A stretch of DNA of 64,000 nucleotides from a virus. Positions 56,343 to 64,000 of this stretch are shown in pieces. Both the position numbers and the translations under genes were made by a program. The first letter of the stretch is position 1, and the number at the start of each line of letters is the position of its first letter. The stretch covers positions 105,714 through 169,713 of IMG/VR virus record IMGVR_UViG_3300019776_000919; one strand, written 5' to 3'. The notes under the pieces were generated by a model. It was not told the DNA's origin. It saw only the letters and a program-made list of their open reading frames with translations, and did no database searches.

Positions 56343-56403
56343 ACTAACATAGCGAATTTAAAGTGGACACTTTGTCCAATTAACCAAAAGAGATAACAAA
56401 AAC

Positions 56404-58602
56404 ATGTCTTATATCGTACCAAGCGTACTTGTATATCAACAACTAGCTTCAAATGGCGGAGTCGCCAATGTAACACCGGACTTGGACTCAGTAATTGTAG
56501 GACCAGCTTATAACGTAGTTAATTACGTAGCTGGATCGTCTACGAGTCTGACAAACACCGCTGCCCAAACCTCAACTGGTACTCAAGCAGTTCTGTCAAA
56601 CAATGCTATTACCAATACCGTTTATTTGAACAGTAAAATTGTTGGTCAAGTAGTTGATCCTACCACTGTATCTGTATATCTAAACTCTGCATATGTAGAA
56701 TCAAAGATTCTTTATATGACTGGTACTGCTGGTGCAAACACCGCTACGTACAATACTTTCACTGGAACTGGTTCAGCTACCCTAAGCTCACCGACTATCA
56801 CTGGTGTAACGAACGTAGCTCAACTGAACGTAGGCGACATTATTTCCGTAGCGGGAGCCGGTGTTTCTGCTGCTGCCCTAGTGTCTACGATTATTTCTAT
56901 CTCAGGTACTACTGTTACTCTGGCTGATAATGCTTCAACTACTGCAGCAAGTGCGGCTATTACTAGAACTTCGTTTAATAACCTGAATGCAAATAGCTCG
57001 ACACTGAGAGTTGAAGCTGGGGATATTGCAGTTATTACTTACGGATCTACCGTATTCAATACGAGTATTCTGTCGGTCACAGGAACCGGAAACACTATTA
57101 CAGGTTTGTCTTTTGTGGACGTACTGCCCGCTGGTATTACTGTACCCTTCACGGTTTCAATTCGTAAAACCTTTAATAATCTACTACTGCCTGTTGTATA
57201 TAACACCCATACCAACTATTCGCTGTCTAACGTCACTATCGATGCCAGCGTAGTTATTAACCCCCTGCCGGTAGTTAGCTACGGTACTGTTATTTCTGGA
57301 ACCATTCATCTTCCCTACAAGGCCCTTAGAACCGATCTGTCCGCCGGAGTCATTGAAATTAACTCTAATGATGACATCGTTGCTTCGATTGGTGCGATTA
57401 CAGATTCTAACCCGTTGGCCCTGGGAGCCAGTCTAGCCCTAGCTAATACTGTTTCTAGAGTACTGGTTCTAGCTGTACCTAGTAATGACCTCACTGGATT
57501 TACTAGTGCTTTGCAAGTACTGGAACATGAAACTGTTTATAGCATTGTACCTTTGACTCAAGATACCAGCATTTTGGCCGCTGTTCAAGCCCACGTACAA
57601 CAACTGTCAACCCCTACAAATGCTGCTTGGAGAATTGCACTGGTTAATACGGCAATCCCTACTGTAAGTTATGTCGGTGCGTATAGCCCCTCATTGGTAA
57701 ATGCCAATTCTGGAAACAATGCGGTTACTCTGATTAACGGCGTCTATACGTTGACTTCGAGCAACTCTCAGTTTGTATCTTCTGGGGTTGTTCCGGGTGA
57801 CGTAATCAAAGTTACTTCTCACGCCGCAACAACACAAGTTGTTACATCGATGGTTGTAACTGCTGTTCTGAATAACCAACAAGTTCAGGTTGTTAGCCCG
57901 ATTGCGTTAACAGCGGTAAACTTTTACGTTCAGAGAACTTTGTCTAAACTGCAACAAGCTCAAGCCATTGCTGCTCAGAGTGCGTCATTTGCTTCAAGCA
58001 GAGTATTCCATATTCAACCTGATACTGTTGGCGTAACTATCAGCGGTGTAGTAAAGTATCTACCGGGATACTATCTGTGCTGCGCCATTGCCGGATTGGT
58101 CTGCGGACTTCCTTCGCAACAATCACTGACAAATATTGGTGTAGCCGGTATTAGTGACCTGCAGAATTCTAATCGTTACTTCACGAGAGCCCAGCTCAGT
58201 ACTATTTCTGCTGCGGGTACTTTCTTGCTCGTACAAGAAGCTGCAGGTACTATCCCTTATTGCAGACATTCTCTGAGTACCGATATGAGCGTACTAGAAT
58301 ATAGAGAACTTCAACAAGTTAAGAACATCGACTTCTTGTCGTATTTCTTCCATGACATTCTCAAGGCATTCCCAGGTCGCTACAATATTACTTCAGATAC
58401 CCTGCAAATTCTCCGTACAACTCTGGTTGCTGGAGCTAAACTACTGCAAGGTAAGAGACTGCCGAAAATTGGAGCACCTCTACTGGATTACAGCATTGAT
58501 AGTCTGGCTCAAGATTCGGTTAACAAAGACAACGTGGTTATTCAAATGACTGTGTCTATGCCCACCGTAGCTAACTACATCAGTCTGTACCTAGTCTATT
58601 AA
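56404..58602 (+). CDS. contractile tail sheath protein
   Basis: Y..PSVLVYQ start, VYSIVPLT, HVQQLS....WR, YLCCAIAGL...QSLTN, PTVANYI end; beta-rich insertions. Confidence 0.8.
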   Translation: MSYIVPSVLVYQQLASNGGVANVTPDLDSVIVGPAYNVVNYVAGSSTSLTNTAAQTSTGTQAVLSNNAITNTVYLNSKIVGQVVDPTTVSVYLNSAYVESKILYMTGTAGANTATYNTFTGTGSATLSSPTITGVTNVAQLNVGDIISVAGAGVSAAALVSTIISISGTTVTLADNASTTAASAAITRTSFNNLNANSSTLRVEAGDIAVITYGSTVFNTSILSVTGTGNTITGLSFVDVLPAGITVPFTVSIRKTFNNLLLPVVYNTHTNYSLSNVTIDASVVINPLPVVSYGTVISGTIHLPYKALRTDLSAGVIEINSNDDIVASIGAITDSNPLALGASLALANTVSRVLVLAVPSNDLTGFTSALQVLEHETVYSIVPLTQDTSILAAVQAHVQQLSTPTNAAWRIALVNTAIPTVSYVGAYSPSLVNANSGNNAVTLINGVYTLTSSNSQFVSSGVVPGDVIKVTSHAATTQVVTSMVVTAVLNNQQVQVVSPIALTAVNFYVQRTLSKLQQAQAIAAQSASFASSRVFHIQPDTVGVTISGVVKYLPGYYLCCAIAGLVCGLPSQQSLTNIGVAGISDLQNSNRYFTRAQLSTISAAGTFLLVQEAAGTIPYCRHSLSTDMSVLEYRELQQVKNIDFLSYFFHDILKAFPGRYNITSDTLQILRTTLVAGAKLLQGKRLPKIGAPLLDYSIDSLAQDSVNKDNVVIQMTVSMPTVANYISLYLVY

Positions 58603-58627
58603 AATCTAATAAAGAACGATAACCTAA

Positions 58628-59296
58628 ATGGCTACACAAAAATCACAAGACGTACTATCTACGACCGGAACCCAAGGATTTAACACTGCTTGGGACTGGA
58701 AGAGTTCCTACGTTTCTGGGCTTGCAGAAGACGGTCTAGAAAGATATTCCCAGTACTCGGCTACTCCAGATACAACTATTCTGTACGCTGGTCCAGCTAG
58801 ATTTACAGGTCTTTCAGGAGATGCTTCAGTATTAGTCCCTATCGGCTTAGCTGATCAAATTTCTATCCAGTCAAACCCTGCCCTGGCTAGATTGTTTGAA
58901 GTCGGATCTAATAGATCTTTCTTCACACGGGGTAAAACTGCTTCAGCCATGAGCCTAGGCAGAATGCTTTGCGATCAAAAGAACGTACTAGCAGCCCTAA
59001 CTCAAAATTCGTATAGACCGAATACTAGTCCAACTGCCGAACCTGGTGCGGCTAGTCCGAATCCGAATATTATGATGAATATCGATTCAGAGTATTTCGG
59101 TGTACCGTTTGGCCTGATGATGCTGTTTAAAACTCGTGGCGGCGGCAATTCAGGTGAAGGTAAAGTCCTCTCTGCCATTTATCTAGAATACGCTATGTTC
59201 TCAAGTTACGCTTTCCAGGTAGCTTCAGCCAGCCCCGTTATTGTAGAATCTGTCGGTATCGAATTCGATAGAGTTCTACCAATTGCGTTAAACTAA
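58628..59296 (+). CDS. tail tube protein
   Basis: Follows the sheath gene; PIGL..Q......LFEVGS and VIVESVGIEFDRV patterns. Confidence 0.7.
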   Translation: MATQKSQDVLSTTGTQGFNTAWDWKSSYVSGLAEDGLERYSQYSATPDTTILYAGPARFTGLSGDASVLVPIGLADQISIQSNPALARLFEVGSNRSFFTRGKTASAMSLGRMLCDQKNVLAALTQNSYRPNTSPTAEPGAASPNPNIMMNIDSEYFGVPFGLMMLFKTRGGGNSGEGKVLSAIYLEYAMFSSYAFQVASASPVIVESVGIEFDRVLPIALN

Positions 59297-59300
59297 AAAT

Positions 59301-59771
59301 ATGTTCGAACTTCTTTCTTTACTTGGTGGCGGTATTCTCCGGATGTTACCGGAAGTCCTTTCTTTCCTGAAAGCTAAAAAGGATAGTGACCATGAGTACA
59401 GAATGACTCAGATGCAACTGGAAATTGACAAGGCCAGAGCTGCTCAAGCAATTGATTTGGCTCATGTTAATAATCAGGCTGCATTTGACCAAGCAGATAT
59501 TAATTTACTAACTACTGCGGTTACTGGCCAATCTACTCTAACTGGAATTAAATTCATTGATGGGTTAAGTTCTAGCGTTAGACCCGTGCTTACCTACTGG
59601 TGGTGTATTGTTTTGTATACAGCGTATAAATCAATGATGATGTATTCTGCGTATACAAATAATATTTCTTGGCATGATTTAGCCCCTATTGTCATGACAG
59701 AGTTTGATAGAAGCGTTATGGCCTCTATTATTTCTTTCTGGTTCGTTGATAGAGCCTTGCGTAGAAAGTAA
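59301..59771 (+). CDS. holin-like membrane protein
   Basis: SVRPVLTY, IISFWF.DR; directly upstream of the lysozyme. Confidence 0.6.
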   Translation: MFELLSLLGGGILRMLPEVLSFLKAKKDSDHEYRMTQMQLEIDKARAAQAIDLAHVNNQAAFDQADINLLTTAVTGQSTLTGIKFIDGLSSSVRPVLTYWWCIVLYTAYKSMMMYSAYTNNISWHDLAPIVMTEFDRSVMASIISFWFVDRALRRK

Positions 59772-59776
59772 TAAAT

Positions 59777-60250
59777 ATGGATAGTCAGTTTGACCTGGCT
59801 ATCGAACAAGCCCTCCCGTTATGTAGGCGGTTTGAGGGCTTTAGATCTAAGCCATATTTATGTCCCGCCGGCATTCCTACTATCGGATACGGTTCTACTT
59901 TTTATCCCAATGGATCTAAAGTTACTCTCAAAGATCCCCCGATAACTATCGAAGTAGCTGAGCAAATGCTGAGGTACCAAATAGAAGAGGTATTTTTACC
60001 TGGAGTTTTATCTATTTGCCCTGAGGTCAGAGATTATAGACTTGCTGCCTTAATAGACTTTTCATTTAACTTAGGGCTGACTAGATTAAAAGGTAGTACT
60101 CTTAGAAATAAAGTGAATAATAAAGATTGGGCTGGCGCAGCAATTGAGTTAAAAAAATGGGTTAGAGGTGGTGGTAAAATATTACCAGGATTAGTTTTAA
60201 GAAGAGCTATGGACGCAGCACTTATTGTAAAAGATAATGATTTAAAATAA
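59777..60250 (+). CDS. GH24 lysozyme (endolysin)
   Basis: FEG...PYLCPAGIPTIGYG, FNLG, LPGLVLRR. Confidence 0.92.
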   Translation: MDSQFDLAIEQALPLCRRFEGFRSKPYLCPAGIPTIGYGSTFYPNGSKVTLKDPPITIEVAEQMLRYQIEEVFLPGVLSICPEVRDYRLAALIDFSFNLGLTRLKGSTLRNKVNNKDWAGAAIELKKWVRGGGKILPGLVLRRAMDAALIVKDNDLK

Positions 60251-60268
60251 CAGACAGATTACTAACAT

Positions 60269-63200
60269 ATGGCATATACTCTAACCACCTATTCATTTGG
60301 CGCTACTTACGCCAACTATAAAGTTCAAATTAAGAATTCTGTAACTGGAATTCCTGCTGTCGTCTTAGCAACTGCTACAGGTGGCCTTATCAGTAATGAT
60401 GGTATAGCTACACTGGATTCCGGTGGTAATTTAAGCGTATACTTAGATTCATCAGGTACTTGGTCGTATGTAATCATCAACGGACTCGTCCCTATTACTG
60501 GAGGCTCATCCGGCGGCGGTGGAGGTGGCGGCGGCGGCAGTGGAACTTCTGATACTACAGAAGCTACTCAACTGTTAGTTAAAGCTGCTGTTCAAGCTAT
60601 CCAGACTTCTAATTCTGCTATCCAAACTTCAGATGCGTCAACAGCTACGTCCACATCTGCCGTCGCTGCTAAACTACCGTCTGGTACTTTGGCTGATGCC
60701 ACTGAAGCTACTCAATTATTAGTAAAAACTGCGGCCCAATCTACAGCCACTTCTACTTCTTCTGTTGCCGCTAAATTACCATCTGGTAACCTATCCGACG
60801 CAACAGAAGCTACTCAATTATTGGTAAAGGCTGCCGTTCAAAGTTTAGCTGGCACGGTATCTGGAGGATCTCTTGCGAGTAATGCAAACCTGCAAGTATC
60901 AGGGGCTCCGGTAACCTCATCAAATCCAGTTCCCATTTCAGTAGCAGGAACTCTATTCTATAACTCTGTTAGTAACAACGCTAATATTCCAGGTTTAACC
61001 AATTCAGGGTTTGGTCAATTAGCAGCAGGAGCTTCTTTTACTGGAGGATGGGAGAGCGCATTTAATTGGCCTTCTATTCAAATCATGGGTAATTCAAACC
61101 AGCCCATGCAATATACCATTGACCAGTCTATCGACGGTACCAATGCTACTATTGTGAATAGTACAGTATTCTACAGGGGAGCTATCGAGGAACTAGATGA
61201 AAACCTTCAAATCAATGGTAACTATGTAAGAATTACTGCCAAGAATCTTGGCGCTGCAAGTACTTCAGGGTTCCAATTAAATACCACTTATGGTGATCTA
61301 GCAGCCCTGCCCCAGGCTTTGTCCAACTCTGGGAATCTGAAAGTAGCGTCAAGAGAAACGCAAAACTTTACTAGAAAATTAAGAGATAATTTCCAATCAT
61401 GGCCTAATAATAACTGGACTAGAGTTTCTAAGGCTGGAGGAGATCTGATCCTATTAGACGGGAACGTAGCCGGTTGCGGATATTTAGTAATGTCCTTAGA
61501 TCCCTTATCTACAGGCACAGAAACTTTCATCGAGAGCGATCCGATTTACAATATGCCTGTAGACTTGGGCGTAGGTATTCATACGTCACAAAGAACCTAC
61601 GGTCAAGAACTTTCTGTTGCTGTTATTTCTAACGACGCAGGAGCAGTGTCATTTGCTGAAGTTCAGATTTTGAACATTCAACAAGCAACCACGACTTTAA
61701 CAATAAACACTTCTGCTGCGCACGGAATGCGTATTGGCCAAAGATTTGGCATCTATGGAGTGACCAGCGACTCTAGATTAAATTACGCCGCCCTTATTGT
61801 TGCTACCACTCCTACTGCCACTCAGTTGACAGCTACTGCTGGTCCTCAAGGTACTATTGCATCCTTGACCGTAGGACCATTTTCTCCAGCAGCTGCATTT
61901 ATGTACATAAGAGATTCAATACACGGGGCAACTAATGGTACGTCAATGATTCTGGAAAATGCGACCACAACTAACGCATCTTTCTATGTAAAAGCAGAAG
62001 GTGGAGATTCTACGCCAATCGGTGGAACTTTCGCGGGAAACCACTCCGCTACGATCCTGACAACAGCCTCATCTCAAATAACTACTGCCGCGTTGAATTA
62101 TGCGTTCAGACCTACCGATCAGTTCATGCTAGCTTTATATGCAGATAGATTACAGTGGTCGGATTCTGTAGTTGATACGACTTCTCAGTCGGTGGCAAGA
62201 GCTACTTTCTCTCAAGTAGTCCCGCACCCTGACAATCAGTATGTAGTTAGATTTGCAATTAAAAACCGTAAAGGATTAACCGTTCCCGTAGCTAAGATCG
62301 TCAGCGCTGTTAAAACTGGTACTACTACTGCTACAGTTACTACGGATGTTGCGCATGGTTTATCTACCGGTGATTATATTAATACTTACGGGGCTAGAGA
62401 TCAGACCAACTTTGCTAACTTAACTACTGCAACTGTAGTGGCTAGCATTATTAACAGCACTTCCTTCACTGTAGTTTGGGGCGCTGCCGTAACAGCGACT
62501 TCCTACGGTGGATCAGTAGCTAGAGTACAGGGTCAGCAGGTATTACAAGGTGCCGTCACTCAATCTATTCAATCTGCTACCATTGCGTCTAGTATTTTGA
62601 CTTTAATCCTATCCAATACGGTTTCTGGCATTACATTTGGTGACTATATAAATATCCATGGATGCCGTGATGCTGTAGCTGGCGCAGATGTGGGTCTTGA
62701 TGGTATTTATAGAGTTCGTGATTTTACAGGTTCCACCGTAATCTTAGAGCCTATTGGTACTACGACGATTCCTACCACCCTCTCCACTACCAACTGCGGT
62801 GGAACAATCCTGAAGAGAACTGACCTTCGTATCAGTTTTGTAAGATTGTTTGATTTTGAAAGACTTAGGGTAGAGTTACTGCCTCGTCCAGCCAGTGATG
62901 CAACCTCAGGAGCGCCAATCGTTGTTCAAGGAGGTACGCTACCTACCGTTACTACAGTCGGTACTGTATCTACGGTAACTTCGCTATCTCAGATAGCGGC
63001 CAGCGTACCGTTAATGACTGTAGCTAACGGTTCGACTAACAAAGCTTTAGGCATATCTATGACTAACGCTCTATCCAACGTTGATCAATCGGCCACGGCT
63101 TTTGCAGGTGCCGGTCGAGTTAACGGCACAGTCGTAGCCACTGCCAACGGGGGTGGTGCAGTAATTTCTTCTGAAATCAACGTAACCGCCATTACTCTAG

Positions 63201-63814
63201 GTACGGCTACTTCCGTTGTAGCCATCCTTCAAGAGTCTCGTGGCGGTACTAACTTTACGGATATTTGGCAGTCTGAACCTATTACTGCTACCGGTATTAT
63301 CTCAACCCCAGCAATTCCAGTAGCCGGTAGACGTAGATGGTGTTTCCATTCGATAGGAGGTACTTCTACTACTGTTACCGTAACTATCACTACCTTAGAA
63401 TTATTCGGTCAATATCCGATGGTCAGATCGTTCCGTGACGTATTTTCAGCAACTAATCCTTTATCGACAGTATTTAACTCTGCCACTGCAGTAGCTACTA
63501 CTTTTGTACTGACTACATTAAATACGGTCACGGCCCCATGGTTGATTGAAGGGTCTAATGCGTTAACGTATTTCATTACTTTGGCCGGTGGTCCTACCGT
63601 TACTACTCAACCAATTATTTCAGTCGAGTTTTCAATGGACGGTACAAACTGGTTAACTACGACAAATACGATTACTGCGGCCGGTAATAATACTTACTCT
63701 TTATCTTTACAGAATCAAATCTGGAAATTTACAAGATTGAAAGTTACAACTGCTGCTGTATATTCAGCAGGTAGCTACACCATTACCTTGATGGGCGTAA
63801 ACGTAAGAGGTTAA
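60269..63814 (+). CDS. tail fibre/appendage-like structural protein
   Basis: 1181 aa, Thr/Ala/Gly-rich; poly-Gly linker; repeated T...HG...GD/Q.. beta modules. Confidence 0.65.
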   Translation: MAYTLTTYSFGATYANYKVQIKNSVTGIPAVVLATATGGLISNDGIATLDSGGNLSVYLDSSGTWSYVIINGLVPITGGSSGGGGGGGGGSGTSDTTEATQLLVKAAVQAIQTSNSAIQTSDASTATSTSAVAAKLPSGTLADATEATQLLVKTAAQSTATSTSSVAAKLPSGNLSDATEATQLLVKAAVQSLAGTVSGGSLASNANLQVSGAPVTSSNPVPISVAGTLFYNSVSNNANIPGLTNSGFGQLAAGASFTGGWESAFNWPSIQIMGNSNQPMQYTIDQSIDGTNATIVNSTVFYRGAIEELDENLQINGNYVRITAKNLGAASTSGFQLNTTYGDLAALPQALSNSGNLKVASRETQNFTRKLRDNFQSWPNNNWTRVSKAGGDLILLDGNVAGCGYLVMSLDPLSTGTETFIESDPIYNMPVDLGVGIHTSQRTYGQELSVAVISNDAGAVSFAEVQILNIQQATTTLTINTSAAHGMRIGQRFGIYGVTSDSRLNYAALIVATTPTATQLTATAGPQGTIASLTVGPFSPAAAFMYIRDSIHGATNGTSMILENATTTNASFYVKAEGGDSTPIGGTFAGNHSATILTTASSQITTAALNYAFRPTDQFMLALYADRLQWSDSVVDTTSQSVARATFSQVVPHPDNQYVVRFAIKNRKGLTVPVAKIVSAVKTGTTTATVTTDVAHGLSTGDYINTYGARDQTNFANLTTATVVASIINSTSFTVVWGAAVTATSYGGSVARVQGQQVLQGAVTQSIQSATIASSILTLILSNTVSGITFGDYINIHGCRDAVAGADVGLDGIYRVRDFTGSTVILEPIGTTTIPTTLSTTNCGGTILKRTDLRISFVRLFDFERLRVELLPRPASDATSGAPIVVQGGTLPTVTTVGTVSTVTSLSQIAASVPLMTVANGSTNKALGISMTNALSNVDQSATAFAGAGRVNGTVVATANGGGAVISSEINVTAITLGTATSVVAILQESRGGTNFTDIWQSEPITATGIISTPAIPVAGRRRWCFHSIGGTSTTVTVTITTLELFGQYPMVRSFRDVFSATNPLSTVFNSATAVATTFVLTTLNTVTAPWLIEGSNALTYFITLAGGPTVTTQPIISVEFSMDGTNWLTTTNTITAAGNNTYSLSLQNQIWKFTRLKVTTAAVYSAGSYTITLMGVNVRG
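60551..60840 (+). repeat. three D(A/T)TEATQLLVK.A.Q peptide repeats
   Basis: Copies start near 60551, 60695 and 60797. Confidence 0.85.
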
Positions 63815-63827
63815 TAAAAACCTTTTT

Positions 63828-63861
63828 AAACCACCTGGATTAATACCCAGGTGGTTTTTTT
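63828..63861 (+). terminator. intrinsic terminator
   Basis: AAACCACCTGG...CCAGGTGGTTTTTTT. Confidence 0.85.
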
Positions 63862-63889
63862 ATTCCCTTAATAAAGCTATAATCTAAGT

Positions 63890-64000
63890 ATGTCTTTTTT
63901 CAGCAACCCTTCACCATCAAGTCCCCTCATGGAAGAGGGTACTGTTGTACAACTAGATATTCAAAGATCATTATGCAAAGTTAAAACTTTGAAGGGACAA
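63890..64000 (+). CDS. partial gene, possibly baseplate spike OB-fold (MSFFSNPSPSSPLMEEGTVVQLDIQRSLCKVKT...)
   Basis: Open to the window end; G.VV.LD....CKV resembles gp5/gpV N-termini; TATAAT ends 6 nt upstream. Confidence 0.45.
   Translation, partial: MSFFSNPSPSSPLMEEGTVVQLDIQRSLCKVKTLKGQ

Noticed and set aside
60551-60840. LVKAA/LVKTA in the tail fibre repeats as protease sites
   Set aside because: They belong to a helical repeat in a protein probably outside the head; likely coincidental
1-64000. tRNA/rRNA genes and stop-codon reassignment
   Set aside because: No cloverleaf or rRNA seen by eye (tRNAscan-SE would settle it); conserved genes are intact in code 11 with dense coding

Overview
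64 kb of a large tailed dsDNA phage genome, myovirus-like, in the standard genetic code. The + strand carries virion and transcription genes: a putative portal, a multisubunit RNA polymerase in three pieces (beta fused to the beta' N-terminus, beta' catalytic part, beta' C-terminus), head/core proteins, prohead protease, major capsid protein, neck, sheath, tube, holin-like protein, lysozyme, tail fibre and the start of a baseplate gene. The - strand carries islands of accessory genes (SNF2 helicases, AAA ATPases, DNA ligase, phosphoesterases, PurA-like, vWA, J-domain/kinase-like, nucleotidyltransferase, ThyX), most headed by a conserved TGGTATAAG promoter-like motif. Main unexplained signals: (1) a shared N-terminal peptide M-N-K-Y-L-x-K-I-A on seven proteins, most otherwise unrelated and one a helicase, and once inside a DNA-repair fusion; it ends in a K-x-A motif that also saturates the head proteins, suggesting a capsid-targeting and protease-release system; (2) 13 tandem, coupled loci for small SH3-like proteins, 12 ending in a QLELF-type sliding-clamp-binding motif; (3) a ~580 bp imperfect palindrome with iteron-like boxes at the strand switch near 8.2 kb. 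All assignments come from motif recognition by eye; no searches were run.
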